Sequence record: OP654737.1
Direction: 5' to 3' (one strand)
Source: Campylobacter phage vB_CjeM_WX1
DNA: 24,000 nt
Shown here: positions 8,071 through 16,899 of the stretch, piece after piece
Position numbering within the stretch: position 1 is the first letter of the stretch
Layout of the letters: every line of letters starts with the position of its first letter
Program-made: the position numbers and the translations under genes
The notes under the pieces: generated by a model
The model's input: only the letters and a program-made list of their open reading frames with translations
Database searches by the model: none
What the model was told of the DNA's origin: nothing

Positions 8071-8811
8071 ATGAAAGAATATATTAAATACAATGATAGA
8101 AAATTTACTTTAACAGCTTACAAAGTTAAAACCGAACGTGACTTACTATTAACTGCAAGTTCAGATGATACTGTATATAGTAAAGATCTAAATGATTTAA
8201 ATTTAGATATTTACTTAAGAATCTTAGAACCTTATATAGATTCTAATATAAACATTTATGATTTATACCCAGAAGAAAAATTATTTTTACTTTATAGATT
8301 GAGAGCAACTTCAGTTTCTGATCAATTATCTTTAAATACTAGGTGTGATTGTGGTTGTACTTTCAAATCTAACGTAGATTTGGGTAAAATTGGAGAACTG
8401 CATAGTATTGATACAAATATATATCCAGATTTGAAAGACGTTTATAGCCCAAATTTAGCCGATATATACGGTGATTCTTACTTAGAATCTAATATTATGG
8501 ATTGTGATCCAGAATTAGACATGTATTTAGAAGCTAATACTACTAAATTTAACTTTATTAAAGTTGTTAAATGTTATAATTGTAAGAAAGACCTTGAAAT
8601 TGATTTAACAAACCCAGAAATATATAAAAATATATTTTCAGAGAATCCTATAGGTGAGTTCTACAAAAGTTTGACAAGATTGTCATTTCTAGGTAAGTTT
8701 ACCATAGATGGTATTTTAAATGATTTATATCCGTTTGAAAGGGAAATCTTTATAAGTTTAATAAATGATGAAGTAGAAGAACAAAATAAAGCACTTAAAA
8801 AACAATCTTAG
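8071..8811 (+). CDS. Baseplate hub assembly protein family (T4 gp26/gp51-like, T4_baseplate family)
   Basis: 246 aa; LFLLYRLRATSVSDQLSLNTRCDCGC...VKCYNCKKDLEIDL layout. Confidence 0.6.
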   Translation: MKEYIKYNDRKFTLTAYKVKTERDLLLTASSDDTVYSKDLNDLNLDIYLRILEPYIDSNINIYDLYPEEKLFLLYRLRATSVSDQLSLNTRCDCGCTFKSNVDLGKIGELHSIDTNIYPDLKDVYSPNLADIYGDSYLESNIMDCDPELDMYLEANTTKFNFIKVVKCYNCKKDLEIDLTNPEIYKNIFSENPIGEFYKSLTRLSFLGKFTIDGILNDLYPFEREIFISLINDEVEEQNKALKKQS

Positions 8812-8824
8812 TCTTTAAGTGCTT
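8789..8824. terminator. Hairpin at junction of two convergent genes, possible terminator
   Basis: aagcacttaaa (8789-8799) pairs with tttaagtgctt (8814-8824), 11 bp; T-rich side (TTTATTTTGTTC) on minus strand. Confidence 0.5.
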
Positions 8825-8832
8825 AGTGTAAG

Positions 8833-9252
8833 TTATTTTATAGGGTTTTTATCTAATCTACTCTCAATACTTTCATTGATTTCAACAGTTATTTCAGATT
8901 TTAAGTCATTCTTGACTTCTGACTTAACTTCGCTTTTAATTTCAGCCTTTACGTCATTCTTAATATTTTCAGCAAGTTTAGCCAAATCTTTATTTTTTTG
9001 GTTTTCTTTGAGTTGATCTATAACAACTTCTGGTTTTTTAGAACAACCAATTAAACTACCATTAAGATCTTGTTGTGGTGTTACATAATTTCCTGTCGAT
9101 AAGTATAAAACACCGTCTACACAAACTCGATTAATTCTGGAATCTGAAGTTCCACGAACTTCTTTACCTGTTTTATCGCTGGAATAATCAGACCCACACC
9201 CTATTACAAACAAAGCTAACAAAGCTATAACGAAGTATTTTAGATTCTTCAT
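8833..9252 (-). CDS. Secreted lipoprotein with coiled-coil C-terminus
   Basis: 139 aa; MKNLKYFVIALLALFVIGC lipobox; charged heptad-like VKAEIKSEVKSEVKNDLKSEI; RBS gaggg. Confidence 0.75.
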   Translation of the reverse strand: MKNLKYFVIALLALFVIGCGSDYSSDKTGKEVRGTSDSRINRVCVDGVLYLSTGNYVTPQQDLNGSLIGCSKKPEVVIDQLKENQKNKDLAKLAENIKNDVKAEIKSEVKSEVKNDLKSEITVEINESIESRLDKNPIK

Positions 9253-9269
9253 AGACCCTCTTTTAATAT

Positions 9270-9275
9270 TATTTA
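9270..9275 (-). promoter_or_regulatory. Late-promoter-like TAAATA upstream of lipoprotein gene
   Basis: Minus strand reads atcaTAAATAatatt, 17 nt before the start codon. Confidence 0.3.
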
Positions 9276-9323
9276 TGATTTTACGATTTTTGTTTTAAAA
9301 CTTTAGTTTTGAATTAAGAATGT

Positions 9324-9346
9324 TTTAAGATATTTTATAATATAAT
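9324..9346 (+). promoter_or_regulatory. Promoter-like TTTAAG-N11-TATAAT
   Basis: TTTAAGatattttataaTATAAT, upstream of 9351/9369 start. Confidence 0.7.
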
Positions 9347-9350
9347 TATC

Positions 9351-9557
9351 ATGAAGGAGTTTAAAAAAATGAAAGAATTTTTTTATAATTTAATAGCGCA
9401 AATCAAAGGGCTCAAAATACATAAAAATGAAAAAGATACTTGGTATTTAAAATGGGATTTAAATACTGGATATTATATAGAAGGTCTAAATACTAAACGC
9501 AGGCTATATTGCGGTGGATATACCGACAGTTTAAACAAAATAAAATATTTGTATTGA
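9351..9557 (+). CDS. Small hypothetical protein (start at 9351 or 9369)
   Basis: 68 aa in track; the RBS-like aaggag at ~9355 favours the internal ATG at 9369. Confidence 0.5.
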   Translation: MKEFKKMKEFFYNLIAQIKGLKIHKNEKDTWYLKWDLNTGYYIEGLNTKRRLYCGGYTDSLNKIKYLY

Positions 9558-9596
9558 AGCTTTGTGTCGATTCGAACACCAAAACGTTAAGATATT

Positions 9597-9619
9597 TTTA
9601 AGATATTTTATAATATAAT
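9597..9619 (+). promoter_or_regulatory. Promoter-like TTTAAG-N11-TATAAT upstream of gp39
   Basis: TTTAAGatattttataaTATAAT, same spacer as 9324-9346; RBS aaggag follows. Confidence 0.7.
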
Positions 9620-9636
9620 TACATAAAGGAGATATA

Positions 9637-11151
9637 ATGATCAAAAAATTGACCGATAGAGAACACATTCTAAAAAGACCTAGTATGTATATAGGTGCTA
9701 TCGATTCTACAAATACTGAAGATTTTATCATAGAATCTGGTAAAATTAAATATACTACTTTGAATTACGTACCTGGCTTAATTAAAATAATCAATGAGAT
9801 TATTGATAATTCAGTAGATGCTGCGATTAGATCTAAGTTTAAATCTGGCTTAAATATAAGTGTCAAAATATCTAATGATACTGTTAGTATTGAAGATGAC
9901 GGAACTGGTATACCAGTAATAAAATCAGGCGATCACTATATGCCAGAATTAGCTTGGAATCACGCTAAAGCAGGTTCTAACTTCGATGATGATGCTAATC
10001 GTGTAACAATAGGCACCAACGGAGTCGGTAGTTATTGTACGAATGTTTGGAGTACTAATTTTAAAGGTATCACAGACGACGGCAAAAATAGATATATTTT
10101 TAAATCTAAAAACAATGCTGAGACTTATAGTGAAAGTATAGAAGCTTCTAAAAAATCAGGAACTTTAGTAGAATTTAAACCAGATTTAGAAAGATTTAAT
10201 CTTAAAGAAATTGATGAGACGCATAAGAATATAATCTATCAAAGATTATTAAACTTAGCTATTTGTTACCCAGAAATTAATTTTAAATTTAATTCTAAGA
10301 AAATAGATTTTAAATCTTTTAAGAATTATTTAAATATGTTTAGTTCAGATTTTGAATTATATGAAAATCAAAATATTAAAATTGGTATAATCCCAAATGA
10401 ATTGGACGACTTTAAACAATTTAGTTTTGTTAATGGTTTAAAAATACCAGACGGTGGTGTACACATAGATACTATTATGAGTAACGTAGTTCAAGGTATA
10501 AGAGACAAATTAATTAAAAAATATAAAAGTATTAAGCCTGGTGATATTAAAAATAAATTAATGATTGTTTGTTTCATCAATGGAATGCCAAATCTTAAAT
10601 TTAATTCACAATCTAAAGAAAAAATTACAAACTCAGTAAAAGAATTTAACGACTTCTCTAATATAGATTATAGTTTCATCAATAAAATTCTTAAAAATAA
10701 ATCTATTATAGATCCTATTATAGACATTTATAAAGTTAAAGAAGCTTTAAATGCAGATAAAGCTCTCAAGAGTGTAGAAAAATCTAAGAAGTTAAAATCG
10801 GAAAAATATTTTAGAGCAACAAAAAGCCAAAAATATCTTTGTATTTGTGAAGGATTTTCCGCTTACGGTGGAATATCACAAGTTCTTGGAAATGAGCATA
10901 CGAGCTTCTATGTTCTTAAAGGTAAACCATTAAATTCTTGGGATGTTACCAATCAAAAATTTGCAGCCAATCGCGAATTATCTGAATTATATCAAATACT
11001 TTCCGAGAACGCAGAATTTGAAGATCTACAAGACGGCAAGTTTTACGAGATTAAAATTGATGGTAAAACTTATATTATGAATGAAAATGATACAATTGAA
11101 ATTAATAATATTAAATATAATTTTGAAGATCTACAAAAAGGATTGCAATGA
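9637..11151 (+). CDS. 39: DNA topoisomerase II large subunit, T4 gp39-like (ATPase to first TOPRIM motif)
   Basis: LTDREHILKRPSMYIG; EIIDNSVDA; DDGTGIP; GTNGVGSYC; YLCICEGFSAYGGI...LKGKPLNSW; ends DGKTYIMNENDTIEINNIKYNFEDLQKGLQ. Confidence 0.9.
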   Translation: MIKKLTDREHILKRPSMYIGAIDSTNTEDFIIESGKIKYTTLNYVPGLIKIINEIIDNSVDAAIRSKFKSGLNISVKISNDTVSIEDDGTGIPVIKSGDHYMPELAWNHAKAGSNFDDDANRVTIGTNGVGSYCTNVWSTNFKGITDDGKNRYIFKSKNNAETYSESIEASKKSGTLVEFKPDLERFNLKEIDETHKNIIYQRLLNLAICYPEINFKFNSKKIDFKSFKNYLNMFSSDFELYENQNIKIGIIPNELDDFKQFSFVNGLKIPDGGVHIDTIMSNVVQGIRDKLIKKYKSIKPGDIKNKLMIVCFINGMPNLKFNSQSKEKITNSVKEFNDFSNIDYSFINKILKNKSIIDPIIDIYKVKEALNADKALKSVEKSKKLKSEKYFRATKSQKYLCICEGFSAYGGISQVLGNEHTSFYVLKGKPLNSWDVTNQKFAANRELSELYQILSENAEFEDLQDGKFYEIKIDGKTYIMNENDTIEINNIKYNFEDLQKGLQ

Positions 11152-11681
11152 GACCAGTTAGAATATCAATTTCAGGTGCACAATGTTCTGGTAAAACTAC
11201 ATTAATTAATTTAATGAAGAAACATAGTTATTTTAAGAATTTTGATTTCATAGAATCATTTTCTAATAAAATAGCTAAAACAGACAAGAAACACTCAGAA
11301 AATACGAACTTAGCAACACAGTTACAAATGTTGTATCATAGTGTTAATGCTTTAAAAAATATAAGCACACCTACTGTACACGATAGGTGTATTTTAGATG
11401 TTATAGTATATACAGGTATTAACAAAGACATCGATTTAAAATTATTTACAGATTCTTTAATAAAATATTACAAACAGTTTGATTTTATTTTTGTTTTAGA
11501 TTCTGAAAATATACCATTAGAATCAAATGGTATTAGATCAATAGATCCTGAATTTAGATCTAAAATAAACAATATTTTTAAGAAAGTAGATTTAGAAAAC
11601 GTAGTTCACTTAGATTCTAAATTAGATCCAGATTCTAGGATATTAAAAATAATTGAAGCTATAAAATCTAAAACTAATTAA
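11148..11681 (+). CDS. P-loop NTPase/kinase (AAA_28, NadR-like)
   Basis: ISISGAQCSGKTTLINL Walker A; STPTVHDRCILDVIVYT; overlaps gp39 by ATGA. Confidence 0.75.
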   Translation: MRPVRISISGAQCSGKTTLINLMKKHSYFKNFDFIESFSNKIAKTDKKHSENTNLATQLQMLYHSVNALKNISTPTVHDRCILDVIVYTGINKDIDLKLFTDSLIKYYKQFDFIFVLDSENIPLESNGIRSIDPEFRSKINNIFKKVDLENVVHLDSKLDPDSRILKIIEAIKSKTN

Positions 11682-11692
11682 TAGGAGAAATA

Positions 11693-12151
11693 ATGGATTT
11701 AAATCTTTACATACACAAAACAAACGAGGCTGCAGTAATACCGGAAATTGCTTATAATGGGACTTCGGCAGCATTTGACATTACTTGTACTGAAACAACC
11801 GAAATTAAACCAGGAGAATCAAAAGTAGTACCAAATGGATTAAGAATTTCAATCGATGAAAAAGATCCTTTTTATATGACAGTACATTTAAGAAGTTCTT
11901 TAGGTTTCAAAAAAGACCTAATTCCACATATTGGTATTATTGATGCTGGTTATACTGGTGATTTTGGAGTTAAAATTAATAATATTGGTAAAGAACCTAT
12001 AGTTATTGAAAAAGGATCTCGTTACGCACAAGTTTTAATTCATAGAAAATATAGTTTTAAGTTCGTTGAACTTAATGATTCTGAATTCAAGGATTTTGAA
12101 GCTAAGCAAGAAAGAGGGTCTAAAGGATTTGGATCGAGTGGCAAATCTTAA
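11693..12151 (+). CDS. dut: dUTPase
   Basis: AAFDITC; LRSSLGF; GIIDAGYTGDFGVKINN; GSRYAQVLI; RGSKGFGSSG. Confidence 0.93.
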   Translation: MDLNLYIHKTNEAAVIPEIAYNGTSAAFDITCTETTEIKPGESKVVPNGLRISIDEKDPFYMTVHLRSSLGFKKDLIPHIGIIDAGYTGDFGVKINNIGKEPIVIEKGSRYAQVLIHRKYSFKFVELNDSEFKDFEAKQERGSKGFGSSGKS

Positions 12152-12192
12152 AAGATTTACACATTTTAATAATTCTTAATAAGGATTTAAGT

Positions 12193-12435
12193 ATGAATAC
12201 AATAAAATTTTATCATAGACAAAAGGAATATGTAGTTCAATCTCAAAATATTAATCAACATACATTTAATAAGAACTATAATAAAGTTCTAGCATTATTA
12301 AATGAAAATGAAATTAAATCTATTAATGAATGTGAATTAATACCAGCTGGTAAAACTGATATTTTAAAATTATCTGCAATGGGTAGTGATGGATTAATAC
12401 AAGAGTTTGAATTAAGATTAGAAAACGTTTATTAA
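12193..12435 (+). CDS. Hypothetical protein, 80 aa
   Basis: ORF between dUTPase and primase genes. Confidence 0.6.
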   Translation: MNTIKFYHRQKEYVVQSQNINQHTFNKNYNKVLALLNENEIKSINECELIPAGKTDILKLSAMGSDGLIQEFELRLENVY

Positions 12436-12447
12436 TAGGAGATATAG

Positions 12448-13557
12448 GTGTTAGACTTTGTAGATATTAAGTATTTTAAGTTAGCAGTTCCTGGACCTTA
12501 TAAAGAAAGTCCTTTGGATATTGCTGTTAAATGTCCAATTTGTGGGGATTCAAAATATAAAAAATCTATTAAAAGACTGCACCTATATGAAAAACAAGGA
12601 GTTACTTTAGTCCATTGTTTTAATGGGGATTGTGAGTTAAACACACAAATGGGTTTAAGTAATTTCTTAAAGATTTATAAACCCGAATTATTATTACCAT
12701 ATAAATCAGAGAATTTTAAATTTAAAATTAATTCAATTGATACTAGTAATAATATAGAAACTAAGAATGAAGTAGAGACTATGAAGTCTTGTTTTAATTC
12801 TGGTGCTAGCGATTCTAATATTTCTAATAATACTAGTATAGAAAGCAAGTCTAGAGATTTTGACATTGAAAGCAAGCCTAGAGATTCTGACATTGAAAGC
12901 AAGCCTAGTATAGAAAGCAATCCTAACAATGAATTCAAATTCATTGACTTAACTTCAGTATTAGATACTAATACAAGTAAACAAATTGAGTTCTTAAAAT
13001 CTCGTGGTTTTAATGATGATACTATTAGTTTTTTAGATTTTTATAATGGTACTAAATCTTTTAATTTAAATGGTGTTTATTATGGAATTAAAGATTATCT
13101 TGTAATTCCGTTTTCTAAAGATTCTAGTTATTATGGGTTCTATGCAAGATCTTTGACTGAAAAAAGATTTATTAATTTTACATTGAATCAAAATTATGGA
13201 GTTTGGAATCTATTTAATGTCGATTTAAATAAACCAGTTTTTATATTTGAAGCTATTCTCGATGCTTTGTCTTTTAGACAGATATACAGAACTAATCAAA
13301 TAATAGCTTTAAATACTTCCACAATAGCAAAGAATGTTTTAGATTTAATAAAGTATCCTTTCTTTTGTTTAGATAACGACAAAGTTGGAATTGAAAAAAT
13401 GATAAAATATAATTCAATTCAAAACAGTCATTTTATATGTTATCCAAATGATTTAAAACAAAAAGATTTTAATGAAATACTTCAAAATAATATTAAAATA
13501 GAACTTGTTTTTAAGAAAGGATTTAACGCTTTATTACATTTAAAATCTTTATTGTAA
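12448..13557 (+). CDS. 61: DNA primase (T4 gp61-like)
   Basis: N-terminal zinc motif CPICGDSKYKKSIKRLHLY...HCFNGDC; TOPRIM-like VFIFEAILDALS ... FFCLDNDKVGIEK. Start GTG at 12448. Confidence 0.8.
   Translation: MLDFVDIKYFKLAVPGPYKESPLDIAVKCPICGDSKYKKSIKRLHLYEKQGVTLVHCFNGDCELNTQMGLSNFLKIYKPELLLPYKSENFKFKINSIDTSNNIETKNEVETMKSCFNSGASDSNISNNTSIESKSRDFDIESKPRDSDIESKPSIESNPNNEFKFIDLTSVLDTNTSKQIEFLKSRGFNDDTISFLDFYNGTKSFNLNGVYYGIKDYLVIPFSKDSSYYGFYARSLTEKRFINFTLNQNYGVWNLFNVDLNKPVFIFEAILDALSFRQIYRTNQIIALNTSTIAKNVLDLIKYPFFCLDNDKVGIEKMIKYNSIQNSHFICYPNDLKQKDFNEILQNNIKIELVFKKGFNALLHLKSLL
12841..12929 (+). repeat. 27-bp tandem repeat in primase linker
   Basis: gaaagcaagtctagagattttgacatt / gaaagcaagcctagagattctgacatt / gaaagcaagcctagtata..., encoding ESKSRDFDI-ESKPRDSDI-ESKPSI-ESN. 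Confidence 0.9.
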
Positions 13558-13615
13558 TTTAATTGTAAATTAATATACAATATATTATAATTAAAAAATT
13601 TCTAAAAGGAGTTCA

Positions 13616-14530
13616 ATGACAGTAGATTTAAAACACGATATCTGGGTAGAAAAATATCGACCCCAAAAAATTGATGACTTAATTTTACCAAATGTTTATT
13701 TAGATAAATTTAGAAGCTATTTAAAAAACCCTTCAAATATTCTGTTGAGTTCAGTAAATCCAGGAACTGGAAAAACAAGTACTGCTCAAGCTATCATAAA
13801 AGAAGGTAATTTCGAATCTTTATATATTAACGCTTCATTAGAATCTGGTATTGATACTATGAGAAGCAAAATATTACAATTTGCTAGCACTGAAAGCTTT
13901 GATGGAAAACCTAAAATTGTTTTAGCAGATGAATTTGACTACTTTGGACAAAACGGTCAAGCAGCTGCAAGAGCACTTATAGAAGAAGTTGCTGCTAATT
14001 GTAGATTCATACTAACTTGTAATTATGTTTCTAATATAATGCCACCAATAGTTAATAGATTCGAAGTATTTGATTTTGATGCAGTTCACGCTTCTAATAA
14101 ACAAGAACTCATTCAAAAAGCTTTCAATTTACTAAAAGAAATCTTAGATAATGAAAAGGTTTCTTATACAAATGAAGATCTCGTTAATATTATTAAGAAC
14201 TATTATCCAAGTATAAGAGGTATGATTGCTTGCTTGCAAAAATGCAATTTTAATAATAAATTAATTCTGGATATTCAAAAAGATTCAGATTTCGTGGGTT
14301 TAATTAACTTAATTAGATCACGTGATTTTGATAATTTAATGAAAGTAATCTATGGCTTAACAAATCCAGATGCTTTTTATGAATATGCATTTAAAAAATT
14401 AGATATTCAAAACTCTAATAAACCACAGGCCATCATAATACTAGCTAAATACCAATATCAAAGTGCATTTGCAAGAGATAGAAACCTGAATTTAGCTGCT
14501 TGTATTATGGAATTAGCCCCATTATTATAG
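13616..14530 (+). CDS. 44: Sliding clamp loader ATPase (T4 gp44-like)
   Basis: WVEKYRPQKIDDLILP; NPGTGKTSTAQAI; KIVLADEFDY; FILTCNYVSNIMPPIVNRF. Confidence 0.9.
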   Translation: MTVDLKHDIWVEKYRPQKIDDLILPNVYLDKFRSYLKNPSNILLSSVNPGTGKTSTAQAIIKEGNFESLYINASLESGIDTMRSKILQFASTESFDGKPKIVLADEFDYFGQNGQAAARALIEEVAANCRFILTCNYVSNIMPPIVNRFEVFDFDAVHASNKQELIQKAFNLLKEILDNEKVSYTNEDLVNIIKNYYPSIRGMIACLQKCNFNNKLILDIQKDSDFVGLINLIRSRDFDNLMKVIYGLTNPDAFYEYAFKKLDIQNSNKPQAIIILAKYQYQSAFARDRNLNLAACIMELAPLL

Positions 14531-14582
14531 GGTTTATATTTTAAAAGATTTATTATAATTATATGAATTAAGGGAGTATAAA

Positions 14583-15194
14583 ATGTTAATAAAATATCCA
14601 AAAATTGATGCTATCTTTGAAAGAAGTTCCGATTTAAAAATAACAGATACATTTAGAGATCCTGTTTTTGAATATCTCAAGGATTTAAAATGGCAGGGGT
14701 TTGAAAAATTAGATGGAACCAATGTGCGAATTTACTGGGATGGTTATAGAGTATCGGTTCACGGGAGAACAGATAATGCTGTATTTGAAAAATCTTTTGA
14801 AGAATACTTAGAAAAATTTAAATCAAAAGAATTTGAAGAACTTATGGAACAATTATTTGGAGAGAAAGAAGTTCATTTATTCGGTGAAGGACTTGGTCCA
14901 AAAATACAAAGTGAATCATATACTGAAAACAAAATTGTATTGTTTGATGTTCTGGTTCAAGAATATTGGCTAAAATATGAAGATGTAAAAGCCATTGCAA
15001 ATAAACTAGGCCTTGAAGTTGTTAATCTTGAAATTGAAGGAACTTTAAACGAACTTATTGAGTATGTAAAAACACCAAGAAATGCATCTAATAAAGATAT
15101 TCAAATGGAAGGATTAATTGCAAGACCAAAATGTAATTTATCCACAGGTAAAAAGAGAATTCAGACAAAAATTAAGTTTGAGATGTTCAAATAA
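14583..15194 (+). CDS. Small RNA ligase-family nucleotidyltransferase
   Basis: Motif I FEKLDGTNVRI; HGRT; motif III-like VLFDVL; motif IV MEGLIARP; motif V KTKIKFE-type end (QTKIKFEMFK). Confidence 0.85.
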   Translation: MLIKYPKIDAIFERSSDLKITDTFRDPVFEYLKDLKWQGFEKLDGTNVRIYWDGYRVSVHGRTDNAVFEKSFEEYLEKFKSKEFEELMEQLFGEKEVHLFGEGLGPKIQSESYTENKIVLFDVLVQEYWLKYEDVKAIANKLGLEVVNLEIEGTLNELIEYVKTPRNASNKDIQMEGLIARPKCNLSTGKKRIQTKIKFEMFK

Positions 15195-15232
15195 ATGCAA
15201 AGTTTTTATAAAATTTATAGATAGGAATCATT

Positions 15233-16291
15233 ATGATTTTATATGATTTAAGTTCGTTGATTCATAGAGCTTTACACACTAGTATTAAGCAAATGAATCC
15301 ACACAAAAAAGAAGGTAAATATATTACACAAGAGTTTATAAGTGGTACTATTTTTAGAATTATAGAAGAATTATTAGAAAATTATAGACTTTATAGAGTC
15401 AAATATAATACTATGGTTATTTGCATAGACGATCATAGTGTACCATATTGGCGAAAATCTTTATACCCAGATTATAAAGCTCAAAGAAAAATCCAAAGAG
15501 AAGAATCTGAAGTTAATTTTAAAGAAGTTTATAAACATATCAATATACTAATTAGAATTCTAAATGATTATACACCATTTAAAGCTATTGGTGTTCCAGG
15601 TGCTGAAGCAGATGATATCATTGGTGTATTAACTAGGAAGTTCTGTAAAGCAGAATCTATTTTAATTCTAAGCCCCGATAAAGACTTTAAACAATTGCAT
15701 AAATTAGGTGATATAAAACAATATTCAGCAATAACTAATAAATGGGTCATTAATGACGATCCAGAAGGTTGGGAAAGAATACATTGTTGTTTGGGTGATG
15801 CTGCCGATAATGTTCCACGTGTTGTGGATTTTTCGGAATTTACACCTGAGTTTAAAGCTTATTACCAAGGAACTGAATTAGATTTCTATAAGTTAGATGA
15901 AAACTTAAAACTAGGTATTATTAATAATTTTAATGAAATTTATCCTGATGTTGAAGTTTATAAAAAACAAAGATTTGGTGAAGCTGCTTTAAATAAAAAG
16001 ATTAAAGAGTTTGGTTCTTTAGATGCCTTCCTAGATTCTAACGAAATATATAGACTTAATTATAATCGTAATTATAAGTTAGTTATGGATAGCGAAATAC
16101 CTATAGATATTGAATTAGAAATCTTAAAGAAATACACAGAATCTAGTACAGATTTCAATATGGAAAATCTTAATAAGTATTTTTCATTTTATAATATAAC
16201 TACTTGTAGTCAATGGTTTAGTCAATTATGGAATGAAATGAGTAAACCTATAGAAATGACTCCTTGGAATGTGGATTTTAGTAAAATCTAA
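15233..16291 (+). CDS. rnh: 5'-3' exonuclease / RNase H (T4 rnh-like, FEN family)
   Basis: ILYDLSSLIHRAL; YKAQR; GAEADDIIGVL; ILSPDKDFKQL; GDAADNVPRV. Confidence 0.9.
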   Translation: MILYDLSSLIHRALHTSIKQMNPHKKEGKYITQEFISGTIFRIIEELLENYRLYRVKYNTMVICIDDHSVPYWRKSLYPDYKAQRKIQREESEVNFKEVYKHINILIRILNDYTPFKAIGVPGAEADDIIGVLTRKFCKAESILILSPDKDFKQLHKLGDIKQYSAITNKWVINDDPEGWERIHCCLGDAADNVPRVVDFSEFTPEFKAYYQGTELDFYKLDENLKLGIINNFNEIYPDVEVYKKQRFGEAALNKKIKEFGSLDAFLDSNEIYRLNYNRNYKLVMDSEIPIDIELEILKKYTESSTDFNMENLNKYFSFYNITTCSQWFSQLWNEMSKPIEMTPWNVDFSKI

Positions 16292-16350
16292 AATCCACTC
16301 ATAATCACACAAAAACAAGGTTTAAATCGATTTTAATTTAAAGGTATATT

Positions 16351-16899
16351 ATGATATTCTTAACTGGTGGAAACGGTTATTTAGCTAATTTATTGTGTAA
16401 TTATACTAGTCATATAGATTATGTTGCTATTTTCGGGTGTCCTAGCAGTACAAAAGATATAGATTCAGACCCGAAGAAATTAGCTTCTACATTAGATACC
16501 ATTGTTTTAGCCAAAGAGTTTAAACACAAAATTATTTTTGCAAGTTCAATGGGTTCTGATTATCCTGGTTTACCAGGAACTCAGGGATATTATAATCGTT
16601 ATAAAAATGTTGCAGAACATTATATAACAAATATGTATGATGATTACTTGATTTATAAAATTCCAAGAGTTTATGGTCCTAATAAAGTTAAAGGTATTTT
16701 TAAGTCTTTAAAAGACGGGTCATATGATGGCTCATTAGAAACTAAAATAGATTATATTAATGAAGATGATTTCGTTACTTGGTTTATGGAAAACTTAGGT
16801 TCACATAATAAAATAATTGAATATAATAAAGATTTTAGAAGTATTAAAGTTAAAGATCTTAAAGATTTAATACTTAATAATACTTTATATTTGTTGTAA
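16351..16899 (+). CDS. Short NAD-dependent epimerase/dehydratase-like protein
   Basis: IFLTGGNGYLA; IIFASSMGS; YYNRYKNVAEHYI (YxxxK); YKIPRVYGP. Confidence 0.8.
   Translation: MIFLTGGNGYLANLLCNYTSHIDYVAIFGCPSSTKDIDSDPKKLASTLDTIVLAKEFKHKIIFASSMGSDYPGLPGTQGYYNRYKNVAEHYITNMYDDYLIYKIPRVYGPNKVKGIFKSLKDGSYDGSLETKIDYINEDDFVTWFMENLGSHNKIIEYNKDFRSIKVKDLKDLILNNTLYLL

Noticed and set aside
8819-9016. 65-aa + strand hydrophobic ORF antisense to the lipoprotein gene
   Set aside because: Hydrophobic FLSLL/SLLIS pattern is the complement of the charged KSEVK repeat codons; the minus-strand frame has RBS and lipobox.
9560-9590. Possible tRNA T-arm (gtgtcgattcgaacacc)
   Set aside because: Stem and loop registers do not fit a T-arm and no acceptor, D or anticodon arm surrounds it.
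9637-11151. Frameshift or assembly error explaining the short topoisomerase
   Set aside because: The C-terminal tail resembles the natural end of T4 gp39 and the following gene overlaps by ATGA, so a genuine split is more likely.
11148-11681. Toxin/antitoxin or defence gene next to dUTPase
   Set aside because: Sequence reads as an ordinary P-loop kinase (GAQCSGKTT); no partner gene or defence motif found.
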